This document shows, piece after piece, positions 1-9,643 of a DNA stretch of 64,000 nucleotides. The notes under the pieces are model-generated. The model searched no databases and was not told the origin of the DNA. It was given only the letters and a program-made list of their open reading frames with translations. The position numbers and the translations under genes were made by a program. This stretch comes from Bradymonadia bacterium (GTDB lineage: Bacteria; Myxococcota_A; Bradymonadia; UBA7976; UBA1532): contig JBKAGE010000078.1 of assembly GCA_046290225.1 (NCBI GenBank), positions 1 to 64,000 of the forward strand, read 5' to 3'. Position 1 is the first letter of the stretch, and every line of letters starts with the position of its first letter.

Positions 1-432
1 TTCATGCTCGCCGGTGAAGAGTACGGGGTGGACATCTTGCGGGTGCAGGAGATCAAGGGCTGGGACACAGTGACGCCCCTGCCCAACACCCCTCACTACA
101 TGAAGGGGGTGATCAACCTGCGGGGCACGATCGTGCCGATCATCGACCTGCGGGAGCGGTTCGCCATGCCCTCCATGGAGTATGGCCCCACCACTGTCAT
201 CATCGTCCTCAAGGTCGTCTCTACCGACGAAGATGGCAACCAGCGGGAGCGCATCACCGGCGTCGTCGTCGACAGCGTCTCTGATGTTCGCAACGTGCCC
301 ACGAATGCAGTCCAGCCTCCGCCTCCGGTGGGCAACGGCGGGGTGGACGGCATCCGCGGCCTCTCTCATGTGGATGAGCACCTGCTCATCCTCCTCGACA
401 TCGATCAGCTTCTCGCCCTCGGCGGCTTCTGA
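1..432 (+). CDS. cheW: Chemotaxis coupling protein CheW (5' end lies outside window)
   Basis: [18 protein letters not shown]...[14 protein letters not shown]...[10 protein letters not shown] motifs; frame open from base 1. Confidence 0.93.
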   Translation, partial: FMLAGEEYGVDILRVQEIKGWDTVTPLPNTPHYMKGVINLRGTIVPIIDLRERFAMPSMEYGPTTVIIVLKVVSTDEDGNQRERITGVVVDSVSDVRNVPTNAVQPPPPVGNGGVDGIRGLSHVDEHLLILLDIDQLLALGGF

Positions 433-479
433 GCCGACCCACAGACCCAACTGATGTTTCCCAAGGAAGGTTAACGCAG

Positions 480-2828
480 ATGACCATCGACTCAGCCTTT
501 GGCTATGACGCTGCCGAGCACGCACGGATGAAGAGTGCCGTCACGGGGGCACTGACCCCGATGATGATGATCGACCGTGATCTGGTGATCACGTTCGCCA
601 ACGAAGCCACCAAGAAGCTGATGGCGCAGCACGAGGCGACGCTTCAATCGCTGTACCCGAGCTTCTCGGCAAAGAAGCTCGTGGGCACCTGCATCGACAT
701 CTTCCACAAGCACCCAGAGCATCAGCGCCGGATCTTGAACGATCCCAGCAACCTGCCCTACTCCACCGACATTCAGGTGGGCCCGCTCAAGTTCCGCATC
801 AACGTCACAGCCATCTTCAATCAAGGTGAGTTCGTCGGGTGCAACTTGGAGTGGCAGGACGTCACCGAGATCCGGAAGAAGGAGAGCGCCATCGCCAGGA
901 TGGAAGGCGCGGTCATGGGGGCCATGACCCCGATGATGATGATCGACCGCGATCTGGTGATCACCTACTCCAACAATGCCACGATGAAGCTGATGGAGCA
1001 GCACGAGGCGACGCTTCAGTCGCTGTACCCGAGCTTCTCGGCAAAGAAGCTCGTGGGCACCTGCATCGACATCTTCCATAAGCATCCAGAGCATCAGCGC
1101 CGGATCTTGAACGATCCCAGCAATCTGCCCTACTCCACCGACATTCAGGTGGGCCCGCTCAAGTTCCGCATCAACGTCTCGGCCATCTTCGAGCAGGGCG
1201 AGTTCATCGGGTGCAGCCTGGAGTGGCAGGACGTCACCCAGATCCGGAAGAGAGAAGAGCGGGTGGCCCGGTTGACTGGGGCCCTCGAAGGGCTGACCAC
1301 CAACCTGATGATGTGTGACGAGAACCTGGACATCATCTACTGCAACCCTGCGGTGGTGCAGATGCTCAAGGAGAACGAGGCCGAGCTCCGCAAGGTACTG
1401 CCCAGCTTCAATGCCGACCGCCTTGTGGGCTCCAACATCGATCAGTTCCACCGTCACCCCGAGCATCAGCGCGGGCTACTCAAAGACGCAAGTCGACTGC
1501 CCTTCGTCACCACGATCAAGGTGGGCAAGCTGCAGTTCAAACTCAACGCCACCTACATCCAAGACGACCAGGGCTTCTATCTCGGGAACTGCGTGGAGTG
1601 GATGGACGTCACTCAGCAGATGCAGGCCCAGGATCAGATCAACGAGCTCATCCAAGGGGCCATCGAGGGCCGAATCGACGCTCGAGTCGACACGGGCTAC
1701 TTCGACGGCTTCCCCAAGGCTGTGGGTGAAGGCATCAACGCCATCCTCGATGCGGTCATGGCGCCGATTCAAGAGACCAACCAGGTCATGGCCCAGATGG
1801 CCGATGGTCAGCTCGACGTGCGCATGACTGGTGATTACCAGGGTCAGTTCGCCGCCCTCGCCGAGGCGGTGAACGATTCCATCACCAATGTGCACCGCAC
1901 CATCAACGACATCCGCCAGGCGGTGGACACCATCACCACCGCCACTTCGGAGATCTCCCGAGGCAACACCGATCTCAGCAAGCGCACCGAGGAGCAGTCC
2001 TCTTCTCTGGAAGAGACTGCCTCCAGCATGGAGCAGCTCGCAGAGGGTGTGAAGCAGAACGCCGAAAACACCCGACAAGCGAACCAGCTCGCCGCCGGCG
2101 CACGAGAGAAGGCCGAAGATGGTGGTGAGGTCGTGGGCAAGGCCGTCTCGGCCATGTCGGAGATTCACAAGAGCTCGAAGAAGATCGCCGACATCATCGG
2201 GGTGATCGACGAGATCGCGTTCCAAACCAATCTTCTAGCGCTCAACGCCGCCGTGGAAGCAGCACGGGCAGGTGAGCAGGGTCGCGGCTTCGCCGTGGTG
2301 GCCTCCGAGGTCCGCAACCTCGCCCAGCGCTCTGCCAGCGCTGCGAAGGAGATCAAAGCCCTCATCAACGACAGCGTGGACAAGGTCGAGGAAGGCACCC
2401 GACTGGTGGATGCCTCAGGTCAGACGCTCAACACCATCGTCGAGTCGGTGAAGAAGGTCTCCGACATCATGGGGGAGATCTCTGCAGGCTCTCATGAGCA
2501 AGCCACGGGCATCGACGAGATCAACAAGGCCGTGGGGCACCTCGACCAGGTCACCCAGGCCAACGGCGCCCTCGTGGAAGAAGTCACTGCGGCGAGCGAG
2601 TCCCTCGGAGATCAGATCCGGACCCTGGAGCGCCTCGTGGCCTTCTTCAAGACCGAGGATGCTCAATTGCCTCACGCGATGCAGGCCGCTCATCAAGCGC
2701 AGTTCGACGGCCCTCAGCGGCCCGCCCGACGGAGCCCCCAGCGCCCTGCTCGCCAGAGCGCCCGGCCCTCGAGGAGCCGCCCTGCGCCACGACCGCGCCA
2801 GGATGACACCTTCTGGGAAGAGTTCTGA
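480..2828 (+). CDS. Soluble Aer2/McpB-like chemoreceptor, 3 PAS domains + HAMP + MCP signalling domain
   Basis: Three IDxFH(K/R)HPEHQ...EW PAS repeats, [30 protein letters not shown] hairpin tip, no TM helix, C-terminal pentapeptide FWEEF. Confidence 0.92.
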   Translation: MTIDSAFGYDAAEHARMKSAVTGALTPMMMIDRDLVITFANEATKKLMAQHEATLQSLYPSFSAKKLVGTCIDIFHKHPEHQRRILNDPSNLPYSTDIQVGPLKFRINVTAIFNQGEFVGCNLEWQDVTEIRKKESAIARMEGAVMGAMTPMMMIDRDLVITYSNNATMKLMEQHEATLQSLYPSFSAKKLVGTCIDIFHKHPEHQRRILNDPSNLPYSTDIQVGPLKFRINVSAIFEQGEFIGCSLEWQDVTQIRKREERVARLTGALEGLTTNLMMCDENLDIIYCNPAVVQMLKENEAELRKVLPSFNADRLVGSNIDQFHRHPEHQRGLLKDASRLPFVTTIKVGKLQFKLNATYIQDDQGFYLGNCVEWMDVTQQMQAQDQINELIQGAIEGRIDARVDTGYFDGFPKAVGEGINAILDAVMAPIQETNQVMAQMADGQLDVRMTGDYQGQFAALAEAVNDSITNVHRTINDIRQAVDTITTATSEISRGNTDLSKRTEEQSSSLEETASSMEQLAEGVKQNAENTRQANQLAAGAREKAEDGGEVVGKAVSAMSEIHKSSKKIADIIGVIDEIAFQTNLLALNAAVEAARAGEQGRGFAVVASEVRNLAQRSASAAKEIKALINDSVDKVEEGTRLVDASGQTLNTIVESVKKVSDIMGEISAGSHEQATGIDEINKAVGHLDQVTQANGALVEEVTAASESLGDQIRTLERLVAFFKTEDAQLPHAMQAAHQAQFDGPQRPARRSPQRPARQSARPSRSRPAPRPRQDDTFWEEF
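553..1252 (+). repeat. Near-identical intragenic direct repeat, period 372 bp (PAS1/PAS2)
   Basis: atgatgatgatcgaccg at 561 and 933; long identical stretches at DNA and protein level. Confidence 0.9.
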
Positions 2829-2833
2829 GGTCG

Positions 2834-3670
2834 ATGATGGATCTGCTCTCCGAGCGTGAGTTCACCTTCACTGACCGGGACTTTGCCCGCGTCAGTCGAT
2901 TGGCGAAGTCTGAAGCGGGCATTCACCTCAGCTCTGCCAAGAAGGAGCTGGTGTATGGCCGGCTGGTGCGCAGGGTACGGGCATTGGGGAAGTCGAGCTT
3001 TGCCGACTACCTCGGCAGCTTGGACCAGCATGCGGGCGAGCTCGGAGCGCTGATCAACGCCATCACCACGAACATGACCTTCTTCTTCAGGCAGGAGGCA
3101 CAGTTCGACCACTTGAAGAGTTCGCTGTTTCCGCAGATGCGGGCGGACGGGGTCAAGGGGCCGTTGAAGATCTGGTCTGCAGCCTGCTCCACCGGACAGG
3201 AGCCGTATTCTCTGGCGATGACCGCCTTCGAAGCGGAGCCCCACAATCAGACCCCTGCACAGATCCTCGCCACTGATCTCGACACCGAGGTGCTGGCGAA
3301 GGCCCGCGCTGGGGTCTATCCGCTGGACAACCTCGACCCGCTGTCAAACCAGCAAAAGCGTCAGTGGTTTCTCAAGGGTACGGGGCCCAACGCCGGGCAG
3401 GCACGGGCGAACAACGCACTCAAGGGCATCATCAAGTTCGGTCAGCTCAACTTGAACGGGACCTGGCCGATCAGGGGCCCCTTCCACGCCATCTTCTGTC
3501 GCAATGTCGTGATCTATTTCGATCAGGAGACCAAGGCTCGCCTCTTCGAGCGGCTCGCGGACTTGCTGCACCCCAAGGGGGCGCTCTACCTGGGGTACTC
3601 CGAGTCTCTGGTCAGCGTGGGCGACCGTTTTAAAGTCGTGGGCAAAGGCACCTACCAGTTGAAGGGATGA
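2834..3670 (+). CDS. cheR: Chemotaxis methyltransferase CheR
   Basis: AITTNMTFFFR, IWSAACSTGQEPYSLAM, IFCRNVVIYFD motifs. Confidence 0.95.
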   Translation: MMDLLSEREFTFTDRDFARVSRLAKSEAGIHLSSAKKELVYGRLVRRVRALGKSSFADYLGSLDQHAGELGALINAITTNMTFFFRQEAQFDHLKSSLFPQMRADGVKGPLKIWSAACSTGQEPYSLAMTAFEAEPHNQTPAQILATDLDTEVLAKARAGVYPLDNLDPLSNQQKRQWFLKGTGPNAGQARANNALKGIIKFGQLNLNGTWPIRGPFHAIFCRNVVIYFDQETKARLFERLADLLHPKGALYLGYSESLVSVGDRFKVVGKGTYQLKG

Positions 3671-3679
3671 TCATCACCC

Positions 3680-4270
3680 ATGTTGGGGGAATTCACGCAT
3701 ATCCAACGCTTCTGGGATCACACCCACGGCATCGAAGCGGCTCGCGTTCAGCCCGGTGAGTACTATGTCACCGAGCTCGACCAGGCCATCGTGACCATCC
3801 TGGGCTCCTGTGTCTCTGCCTGCGTTCGCGATCCCCTGGCAGGGATCGGCGGCCTCAATCACTTCCTGCTGCCTGTGGAGCCAGACGGTGGCAGCCCCCA
3901 TCAGGCGAGCACACGTTACGGGGTGCACGCCATGGAGATGCTCATCAACGAGCTGCTGAAGCGTGGGGCCCGGCGAAGCAGGATGGAGGTGAAGATCAGC
4001 GGCGGTGGGCACGTGCTCATCGGTGCCGATGGCATCAAGGTCGGTGAGCGCAACATCGAGTTCGTCAAATGGTACCTGCAATCCGAAGGGCTCAATCTCG
4101 TTGCGGAAGATGTCGGGGGTCACTGGGCGCGCAAGGTGTTCTTCTTCCCACAAACAGGGCGGATGCGCGTGCGCAAGATGAACAGCCATCAGGCGCCGGC
4201 CTCTGCGGAAGAGAAGTACATGCGTACACTCAAACAGCGCCCTGTGGCTGGAGAGGTGGAGCTCTTCTGA
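3680..4270 (+). CDS. cheD: Chemoreceptor glutamine deamidase CheD
   Basis: [37 protein letters not shown]; ends GEVELF. Confidence 0.93.
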   Translation: MLGEFTHIQRFWDHTHGIEAARVQPGEYYVTELDQAIVTILGSCVSACVRDPLAGIGGLNHFLLPVEPDGGSPHQASTRYGVHAMEMLINELLKRGARRSRMEVKISGGGHVLIGADGIKVGERNIEFVKWYLQSEGLNLVAEDVGGHWARKVFFFPQTGRMRVRKMNSHQAPASAEEKYMRTLKQRPVAGEVELF

Positions 4271-5316
4271 TGCACACCGCTTCCAAACCCACCCGCGTGC
4301 TGGTGGTGGACGATTCCGCCCTCATGCGCAAGCTACTCACCGAGTTGCTCGATCAGGATCCCCGCATGCAGGTGGTGGGCACGGCGAGCGATCCGTACGC
4401 AGCCCGTGAAAAGATCAAGGCGCTCAACCCCGACGTGCTGACGCTGGACGTCGAGATGCCACGGATGGACGGGCTGACATTCTTGTCGAACCTCATGCGA
4501 CTGCGCCCCATGCCCGTGGTCATGGTCTCTGCCCTCACCGAGAGGGGCGCTGACGTCACCCTGCGGGCCCTCGAGCTCGGCGCAGTAGACTTCGTCACCA
4601 AGCCACGTATCGATCTCGCACGTGGGGTGGTGGGACAAGGCGAGGCCATCGTCGAGAAGGTTTGGGGCGCCGCGAGAGCCCGGCTCTCGGGACCGAAGAT
4701 CCAGTCAGAGAAACAGCTCCGAGGCTGGCATCCAGGCCTCAAGACCACTGATCGTCTCATCGCCATCGGCGCCTCCACAGGAGGCGTGGAGGCGATCCGG
4801 CACGTCCTCAGCGCCCTGCCCCCAGATGGACCGGGGGTGGTGATCACCCAACACATCCCAGAGACCTTCAGCGCATCCTTCGCCCGCCGGCTCAATGAGT
4901 GCACCTCTTTGAGGGTGGCCGAGGCCTCTGATGGCGACACGGTTTCCACGGGCCATGTCTACATTGCCCCTGGCAACCGGCATCTCAAGATCGTCCGCAG
5001 TGGTGCACGATATGTGTGCCGGCTCGATGACGGCCCTGCAGTGAGCCGTCATAAGCCCTCGGTGGACGTCTTGTTCAACTCCGTGGCTCAAGCCGCCGGG
5101 GTGAACGCAGTGGGGGTCATCCTCACCGGGATGGGGCAGGACGGCGCCAATGGCCTCAAGGCCATGTCCACAGCGGGCGCGCACACGGTCGCTCAGGACG
5201 AAGCGTCCAGCGTGGTCTGGGGGATGCCAGGGCGCGCAGTTCAGGTTGGGGCGGTGAAGAAGGTTCTGCCACTCGGGAGAATCGCAGCGCACATTTGTGA
5301 ACACGAAGGGCAATGA
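4270..5316 (+). CDS. cheB: Chemotaxis response regulator methylesterase CheB
   Basis: Receiver ([18 protein letters not shown]) plus [27 protein letters not shown] 4270 overlaps cheD stop. Confidence 0.95.
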   Translation: MHTASKPTRVLVVDDSALMRKLLTELLDQDPRMQVVGTASDPYAAREKIKALNPDVLTLDVEMPRMDGLTFLSNLMRLRPMPVVMVSALTERGADVTLRALELGAVDFVTKPRIDLARGVVGQGEAIVEKVWGAARARLSGPKIQSEKQLRGWHPGLKTTDRLIAIGASTGGVEAIRHVLSALPPDGPGVVITQHIPETFSASFARRLNECTSLRVAEASDGDTVSTGHVYIAPGNRHLKIVRSGARYVCRLDDGPAVSRHKPSVDVLFNSVAQAAGVNAVGVILTGMGQDGANGLKAMSTAGAHTVAQDEASSVVWGMPGRAVQVGAVKKVLPLGRIAAHICEHEGQ

Positions 5317-5777
5317 CGATGAGCGACAAGACGTTCGGCATCAGCGAGACCCCAGTCTGGATCAAGCCACTCACCGGCACCCCCGTGGAAATCTGTGAGG
5401 CGGTCCGCGCCGACCTGAAGCGCTGCCAGGCGCTGGTGGAAGAGGCTGTGGAGGTGCTCTCTGCCAACCTGCCCCTCATCGCCAGCGGTGAAGGCGAAGC
5501 AGGGCTGAACGCGCTGTCGGAGTCGATTCGCAGCCTGCAGTTCAGCGACATGGTGCGCCAGCTCATGGAGAGCAGTGAAACCTCCCTCGATCGCCTCATG
5601 ACCTTCATGTCCGAAGCACGTCAGACCGTGCCTCGTCGCCCCGCCTCCGCAGGGCAGGATCCCAGCCTGAGCGACTGGTCGAATGAACTCTCCGCTTTCA
5701 AAGAGGCGAACTGCCAGCCCCACGAAGGGCCCGTGGATCAGGAAGATCTCAGCGAAGGCGACATCGAACTCTTCTGA
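5313..5777 (+). CDS. Small chemotaxis-associated protein, CheZ-like DxxxQ motif and C-terminal GDIELF
   Basis: Coupled to cheB (ATGA overlap); [10 protein letters not shown]; tail resembles the CheD tail. Confidence 0.6.
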   Translation: MTMSDKTFGISETPVWIKPLTGTPVEICEAVRADLKRCQALVEEAVEVLSANLPLIASGEGEAGLNALSESIRSLQFSDMVRQLMESSETSLDRLMTFMSEARQTVPRRPASAGQDPSLSDWSNELSAFKEANCQPHEGPVDQEDLSEGDIELF

Positions 5778-5829
5778 GAGCAGTACTCAGAGCCAATCTG
5801 AGGACTGCTCTGGGGCGTGCCCACGCCCC
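5777..5829 (+). terminator. Tandem hairpins after the che operon (putative terminator/processing site)
   Basis: agagcagtactcaga/tctgaggactgctct (15 bp, 1 mismatch), then ggggcgt/acgcccc; no U-tract. Confidence 0.45.
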
Positions 5830-5947
5830 GGTCATGTGTCCGCCCCCGGACACCTGTACGCCCTACCACAGCCACCACGTTTGCCTTCTGGTGGCGAAAC
5901 ATCGTACAAAAGCAGACATACTTTTCATCAGACTGGACCCATCAGTG

Positions 5948-7147
5948 ATGCATCAGTCTCTGCACAACGCAGAGCGGCTCGATCGTTGGTTGGACCGGGG
6001 CGACATCCTTCATCCTGCCGCCCCGGGGCACCTCGCCTTCACCGATCTCATGGCTGTGGTGCTCACCGCTGCCGGCCTGCCTACCCCCTTCCGCCCCGAG
6101 GGCACAGCTCTCGCTGAGGCAGTGGGCACCCCCGAACATCTCGTCTTCGTCCTCGTCGACGGATTGGGTGTACCGATCATCGAAGACTGGGCACCGGAGG
6201 CCGGCGTGCTTCGTCGCCAGATGTTTCAGAGCTGCAGAGCGGTCTTCCCCTCAGCGACGGCATCGGCGCTCACGACGGTGGCCAGCGGACGCTGGCCCGG
6301 TGCCCACGGCATCACGGGATGGTGGACCTTCCTGCCTGATCACGACCTCACCTTCGAGCCCCTGCCCTGGCGGCTCATGAACACGCGGGAGCAGGCCACG
6401 CTTTCGCCAAATGCCCTGTTTCGAGTGCCCTCGGTCTTCGAGCAGGTGCCCCGCTCGGTGTGCACGGTGACGCCCACAGGCCTCGCAGACAGCATCTACA
6501 GCGGGTGGAGTGCCGGGGACACCGACATCCTGGGCTACGAGAACTGGGATGACGCCATCGACCAGCTGCTCGCCCGTATCCGACGCGCTTCAGGGCCAAC
6601 GCTGACCTGGTGGTACCTGCCGGAGTTCGATCGTCATGGTCACATGGCTGGGGTGAGCCACAAGAAGACCGGACGCATCGTCCGCCGACTCGATCAGGCC
6701 CTGAGTCACCTCGAGAGCAGCCTGCCACGCAATACCCGCGTGGTACTCACTGCAGATCATGGTCACATCAACGCCCACCCTGAGGGCGATCACATTCTCG
6801 ACGCAGATGATCCGCTGCTGCGGCATCTCGCCGCGCCGCCTTCCGGTGAGCCTGTGTGTCCTCACTTCCACCTCAAGGACGGCCAGCGCAAGGCCTTCAT
6901 CGACGAGTTCTCCAGTCGGTTCGATGGCCTCTTCACCCTCTTCGACGTGGAAGCCCTGGTTCAGCGTGGGGTGTACGGGCCTGATCTCGACGCGGTGGTC
7001 CGCGCCCGACTGGGCGATCTCGTGGCCTTGAGCCTCGAGGCGCGTACGTTGAGGGTGCGCACGGGCACCCGGCCGCCGAACGTCCTCAAAGGGCTGCATG
7101 GCGGCCTCACCCCAGCAGAAATGCTGATTCCCGTGGTGCTTTTCTGA
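5948..7147 (+). CDS. Alkaline phosphatase superfamily protein (type I phosphodiesterase/nucleotide pyrophosphatase)
   Basis: VLVDGLG, FPSAT, DRHGH, TADHGH, HGGL metal/nucleophile motifs; start uncertain. Confidence 0.85.
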   Translation: MHQSLHNAERLDRWLDRGDILHPAAPGHLAFTDLMAVVLTAAGLPTPFRPEGTALAEAVGTPEHLVFVLVDGLGVPIIEDWAPEAGVLRRQMFQSCRAVFPSATASALTTVASGRWPGAHGITGWWTFLPDHDLTFEPLPWRLMNTREQATLSPNALFRVPSVFEQVPRSVCTVTPTGLADSIYSGWSAGDTDILGYENWDDAIDQLLARIRRASGPTLTWWYLPEFDRHGHMAGVSHKKTGRIVRRLDQALSHLESSLPRNTRVVLTADHGHINAHPEGDHILDADDPLLRHLAAPPSGEPVCPHFHLKDGQRKAFIDEFSSRFDGLFTLFDVEALVQRGVYGPDLDAVVRARLGDLVALSLEARTLRVRTGTRPPNVLKGLHGGLTPAEMLIPVVLF

Positions 7148-7354
7148 TCTGAGGCACAACCCCCCACCTTCCGAACGTCTCGTGCCCTGCCGCCCGTCAT
7201 CCAGAAATTTCGCTTGAATTGGTCTACTTCCTGCAATGAAGCGAAAATGACCGGCGTCTATGCGGACACATGGCCGCGTAGATAAACCCGATGCGCATCT
7301 GAACCGCTGTCACCAGCATCTCAGGTGCGACGCAACAGCCGCCGAGGAGGTTCC

Positions 7355-8629
7355 ATGGATACACTGGCCCAGTGGCTTCAAGGTGATTTGTCACCCACCG
7401 CCCGCATTTGGACGGCCCTCGCGCCGGCGATCCTGCTGGTGGGCTACTTCTTTGCCGCCCTGGCAGTCTTCGCTGTGATCAGCCGTCGAAAAGGCGCAAA
7501 GCGAGATGCAGAGATGGACGCCCGCGGGTCGAGCGTGGTGCTGTCGATGTTCTTGCGGCAGTACTTCGCGTGGCTCGTGGCCCCCCTGTTCTCGGTTCTA
7601 CGTCGCTCCGGGCTACCGCCGAACGCCATCACCACCCTCTCGGTGCTCCTCGCCGGCGCCAGTGGTGTCGCCATTGCCGCCGGACGCTTCGCTCTTGGTG
7701 GCTGGCTCTACATCTTCGCCGGCATGTGCGACTTCATGGACGGCCGCCTCGCCCGCATCACGCAGACGTCCTCCGCCCGTGGCGCCGCCCTGGACTCGAT
7801 CCTCGATCGGTACAGCGACGCCGCCATCTTGATCGGGCTGGGCTGGTACTACCGCGAGACTTGGGTGTTGTTGCCGGTGATGCTCACCATGCTCGCCAGC
7901 CTGCTGACGTCGTACGTGCGCGCCAAAGGCGAGTCCATGAACATCGAGGTGAAGGTGGGGATGATGCAGCGGGCGGAGCGCCATGCCGTCCTCGGTGCTT
8001 CGGTGGCGCTGAGCCCCATCCTGGCAGCGGTGCTCGATCCAATGGCAGAGAGCCCCATGCACTGGCTCGCCGTAGGGGGCATTGTTTTCCTGACCCTCAC
8101 CACCAACATGACCGCCCTCTCTCGTCTGACTTTCCTGCTCAACGCGCTGGACGATCGCGAGCGGCCGGGGGCCTTGTCTCTGGGCCGCGGCGGCGCCTTC
8201 CGGAGCATCGTCTCCTCGTTGCTGGCCACAGGGGCCGACCTGATGCTGGTCATGAGCCTGGTGTCGAGCCTGGCCTTCCCCCCTGCCGTGGCCACGGCAG
8301 TGGGCTGTGTCCTCGGGGCCGTGATCAACTTCGTCATCAACCGTTTCTGGGCCTTCGACGGCACCCACGGTGCGCCGGCACCTCAGGCAGCGCGATACAC
8401 CCTCGTGAGCGTCACCAGCGCTCTGCTCAACGCCGGAGGGGTGGCGGTGATGTTGTTGTTGCCGGAGATGGATTACCTCGTGGCCTGGCTCGTGGCCCGG
8501 GCCACGGTCTTCTTCTTGTGGAACTTCCCCCTGCACCGCGACTACGTCTTCGAAGTACCCCAGAGCGTCGAGAGCGTCGCGAGCACTCACCGCGAACCCA
8601 GCCCCGAGGCCCGACGTCGGGCAGCGTGA
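7355..8629 (+). CDS. CDP-alcohol phosphatidyltransferase fused to C-terminal GtrA-like domain
   Basis: DFMDGRLAR-x-GAALDSILDRYSD signature; GtrA-like NFVINRFWAF...WNFPLHRDYVF; RBS GAGGAGG before ATG 7355. Confidence 0.85.
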   Translation: MDTLAQWLQGDLSPTARIWTALAPAILLVGYFFAALAVFAVISRRKGAKRDAEMDARGSSVVLSMFLRQYFAWLVAPLFSVLRRSGLPPNAITTLSVLLAGASGVAIAAGRFALGGWLYIFAGMCDFMDGRLARITQTSSARGAALDSILDRYSDAAILIGLGWYYRETWVLLPVMLTMLASLLTSYVRAKGESMNIEVKVGMMQRAERHAVLGASVALSPILAAVLDPMAESPMHWLAVGGIVFLTLTTNMTALSRLTFLLNALDDRERPGALSLGRGGAFRSIVSSLLATGADLMLVMSLVSSLAFPPAVATAVGCVLGAVINFVINRFWAFDGTHGAPAPQAARYTLVSVTSALLNAGGVAVMLLLPEMDYLVAWLVARATVFFLWNFPLHRDYVFEVPQSVESVASTHREPSPEARRRAA

Positions 8630-8650
8630 CCATCACATCGTGAGATCCAC

Positions 8651-9643
8651 ATGAAGATGCCGTTGATGATGCTGGCGTGTGGCCTGGCCACTGGCTGCAA
8701 TGGTGGCCACCCAGCGGTGGTGGAGACCGGACATACCGCCCAGGCGCACCCGATCTTTTCACCGAGGCTGCGCTCGGAGGATACCTTCGCCGAGACCTGG
8801 TCCGCAGTGGCGGATCTGGAAGACGGCAGCTATCTGCAAGTCCAGCTGGGCATCACCAATGTGGGCCCTGGCAGCGACAAGGGCGTGTGCCGATTGCTGT
8901 ACGTGCCTTCCCAGGGCAAATCCATCTCGGGCACTGAGAAGGTGGACAGTGACGACTGGCGCCACGAAGCCACGCCGCACAGCACGCTGGTCATGGGGCC
9001 ATGTCGTGGAGAAGCCACAGACGATCGCCTGCTCATCTCCGGCCGGGTCGAGGCTCATCAGTTCTCCCTCACCCTCGACACACCACCTCGACGAATCGCC
9101 CCGCCGGGCCATCACGTCACTGTGGAAGAGGCATTCTACACCTCGAATCTGCTGGTCCCCTGGGCCGGCGCGGAGGTGAAGCTGACGCTCGAGGGCAGCG
9201 CCGAGCGTACCCTCACCGGTCGAGGCTATGCCGATCACTCCCGGGCCACCACTCTGCCTGCCGATCTCGCCCGTCAATGGGTCCGGGTGCGACGCCTGGC
9301 CCAGGGCAAGGGCCTGCTGGCCATTCTGCGATACCCGCCTGCCGAGGGGGCAGCCCCAGACGGATGGATCTGGACCGAGGGCACCGAGGCCCCCGTGCCC
9401 CTCGCCGAAGGGTCCACCGAGGCTCTGGCCGCCATCAAGGCCAAAGGGGCCTGGCACATCAAAGCCCGGGATACGGCCAGCGGCGCCTTCGACGTACACT
9501 CCGGGCCACTGCTCCACCGCGCAGCCCCCGTTGAAGATCAGGGCATGCTCGCCCCCATCATCGAAGCGGTCATCGGCAACCCGGTGACCTACACCTATCG
9601 CCTCTCCGGAGGGGTGATGGAGGTCACCATCGTCGATGAATGA
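8651..9643 (+). CDS. Hypothetical lipoprotein, possible lipocalin-like (AttH/Svf1/CrtC-type) fold
   Basis: Lipobox LATGC; FAETWS and GRGYADHS motifs; beta-rich. Confidence 0.5.
   Translation: MKMPLMMLACGLATGCNGGHPAVVETGHTAQAHPIFSPRLRSEDTFAETWSAVADLEDGSYLQVQLGITNVGPGSDKGVCRLLYVPSQGKSISGTEKVDSDDWRHEATPHSTLVMGPCRGEATDDRLLISGRVEAHQFSLTLDTPPRRIAPPGHHVTVEEAFYTSNLLVPWAGAEVKLTLEGSAERTLTGRGYADHSRATTLPADLARQWVRVRRLAQGKGLLAILRYPPAEGAAPDGWIWTEGTEAPVPLAEGSTEALAAIKAKGAWHIKARDTASGAFDVHSGPLLHRAAPVEDQGMLAPIIEAVIGNPVTYTYRLSGGVMEVTIVDE

Noticed and set aside
4069..4269. N-terminal extensions from the ORF track (cheB, MlaC-like, msbA, pth2, IgGFc)
   Set aside because: They overlap upstream genes or promoters; downstream starts fit coupling, RBS and domain boundaries better.
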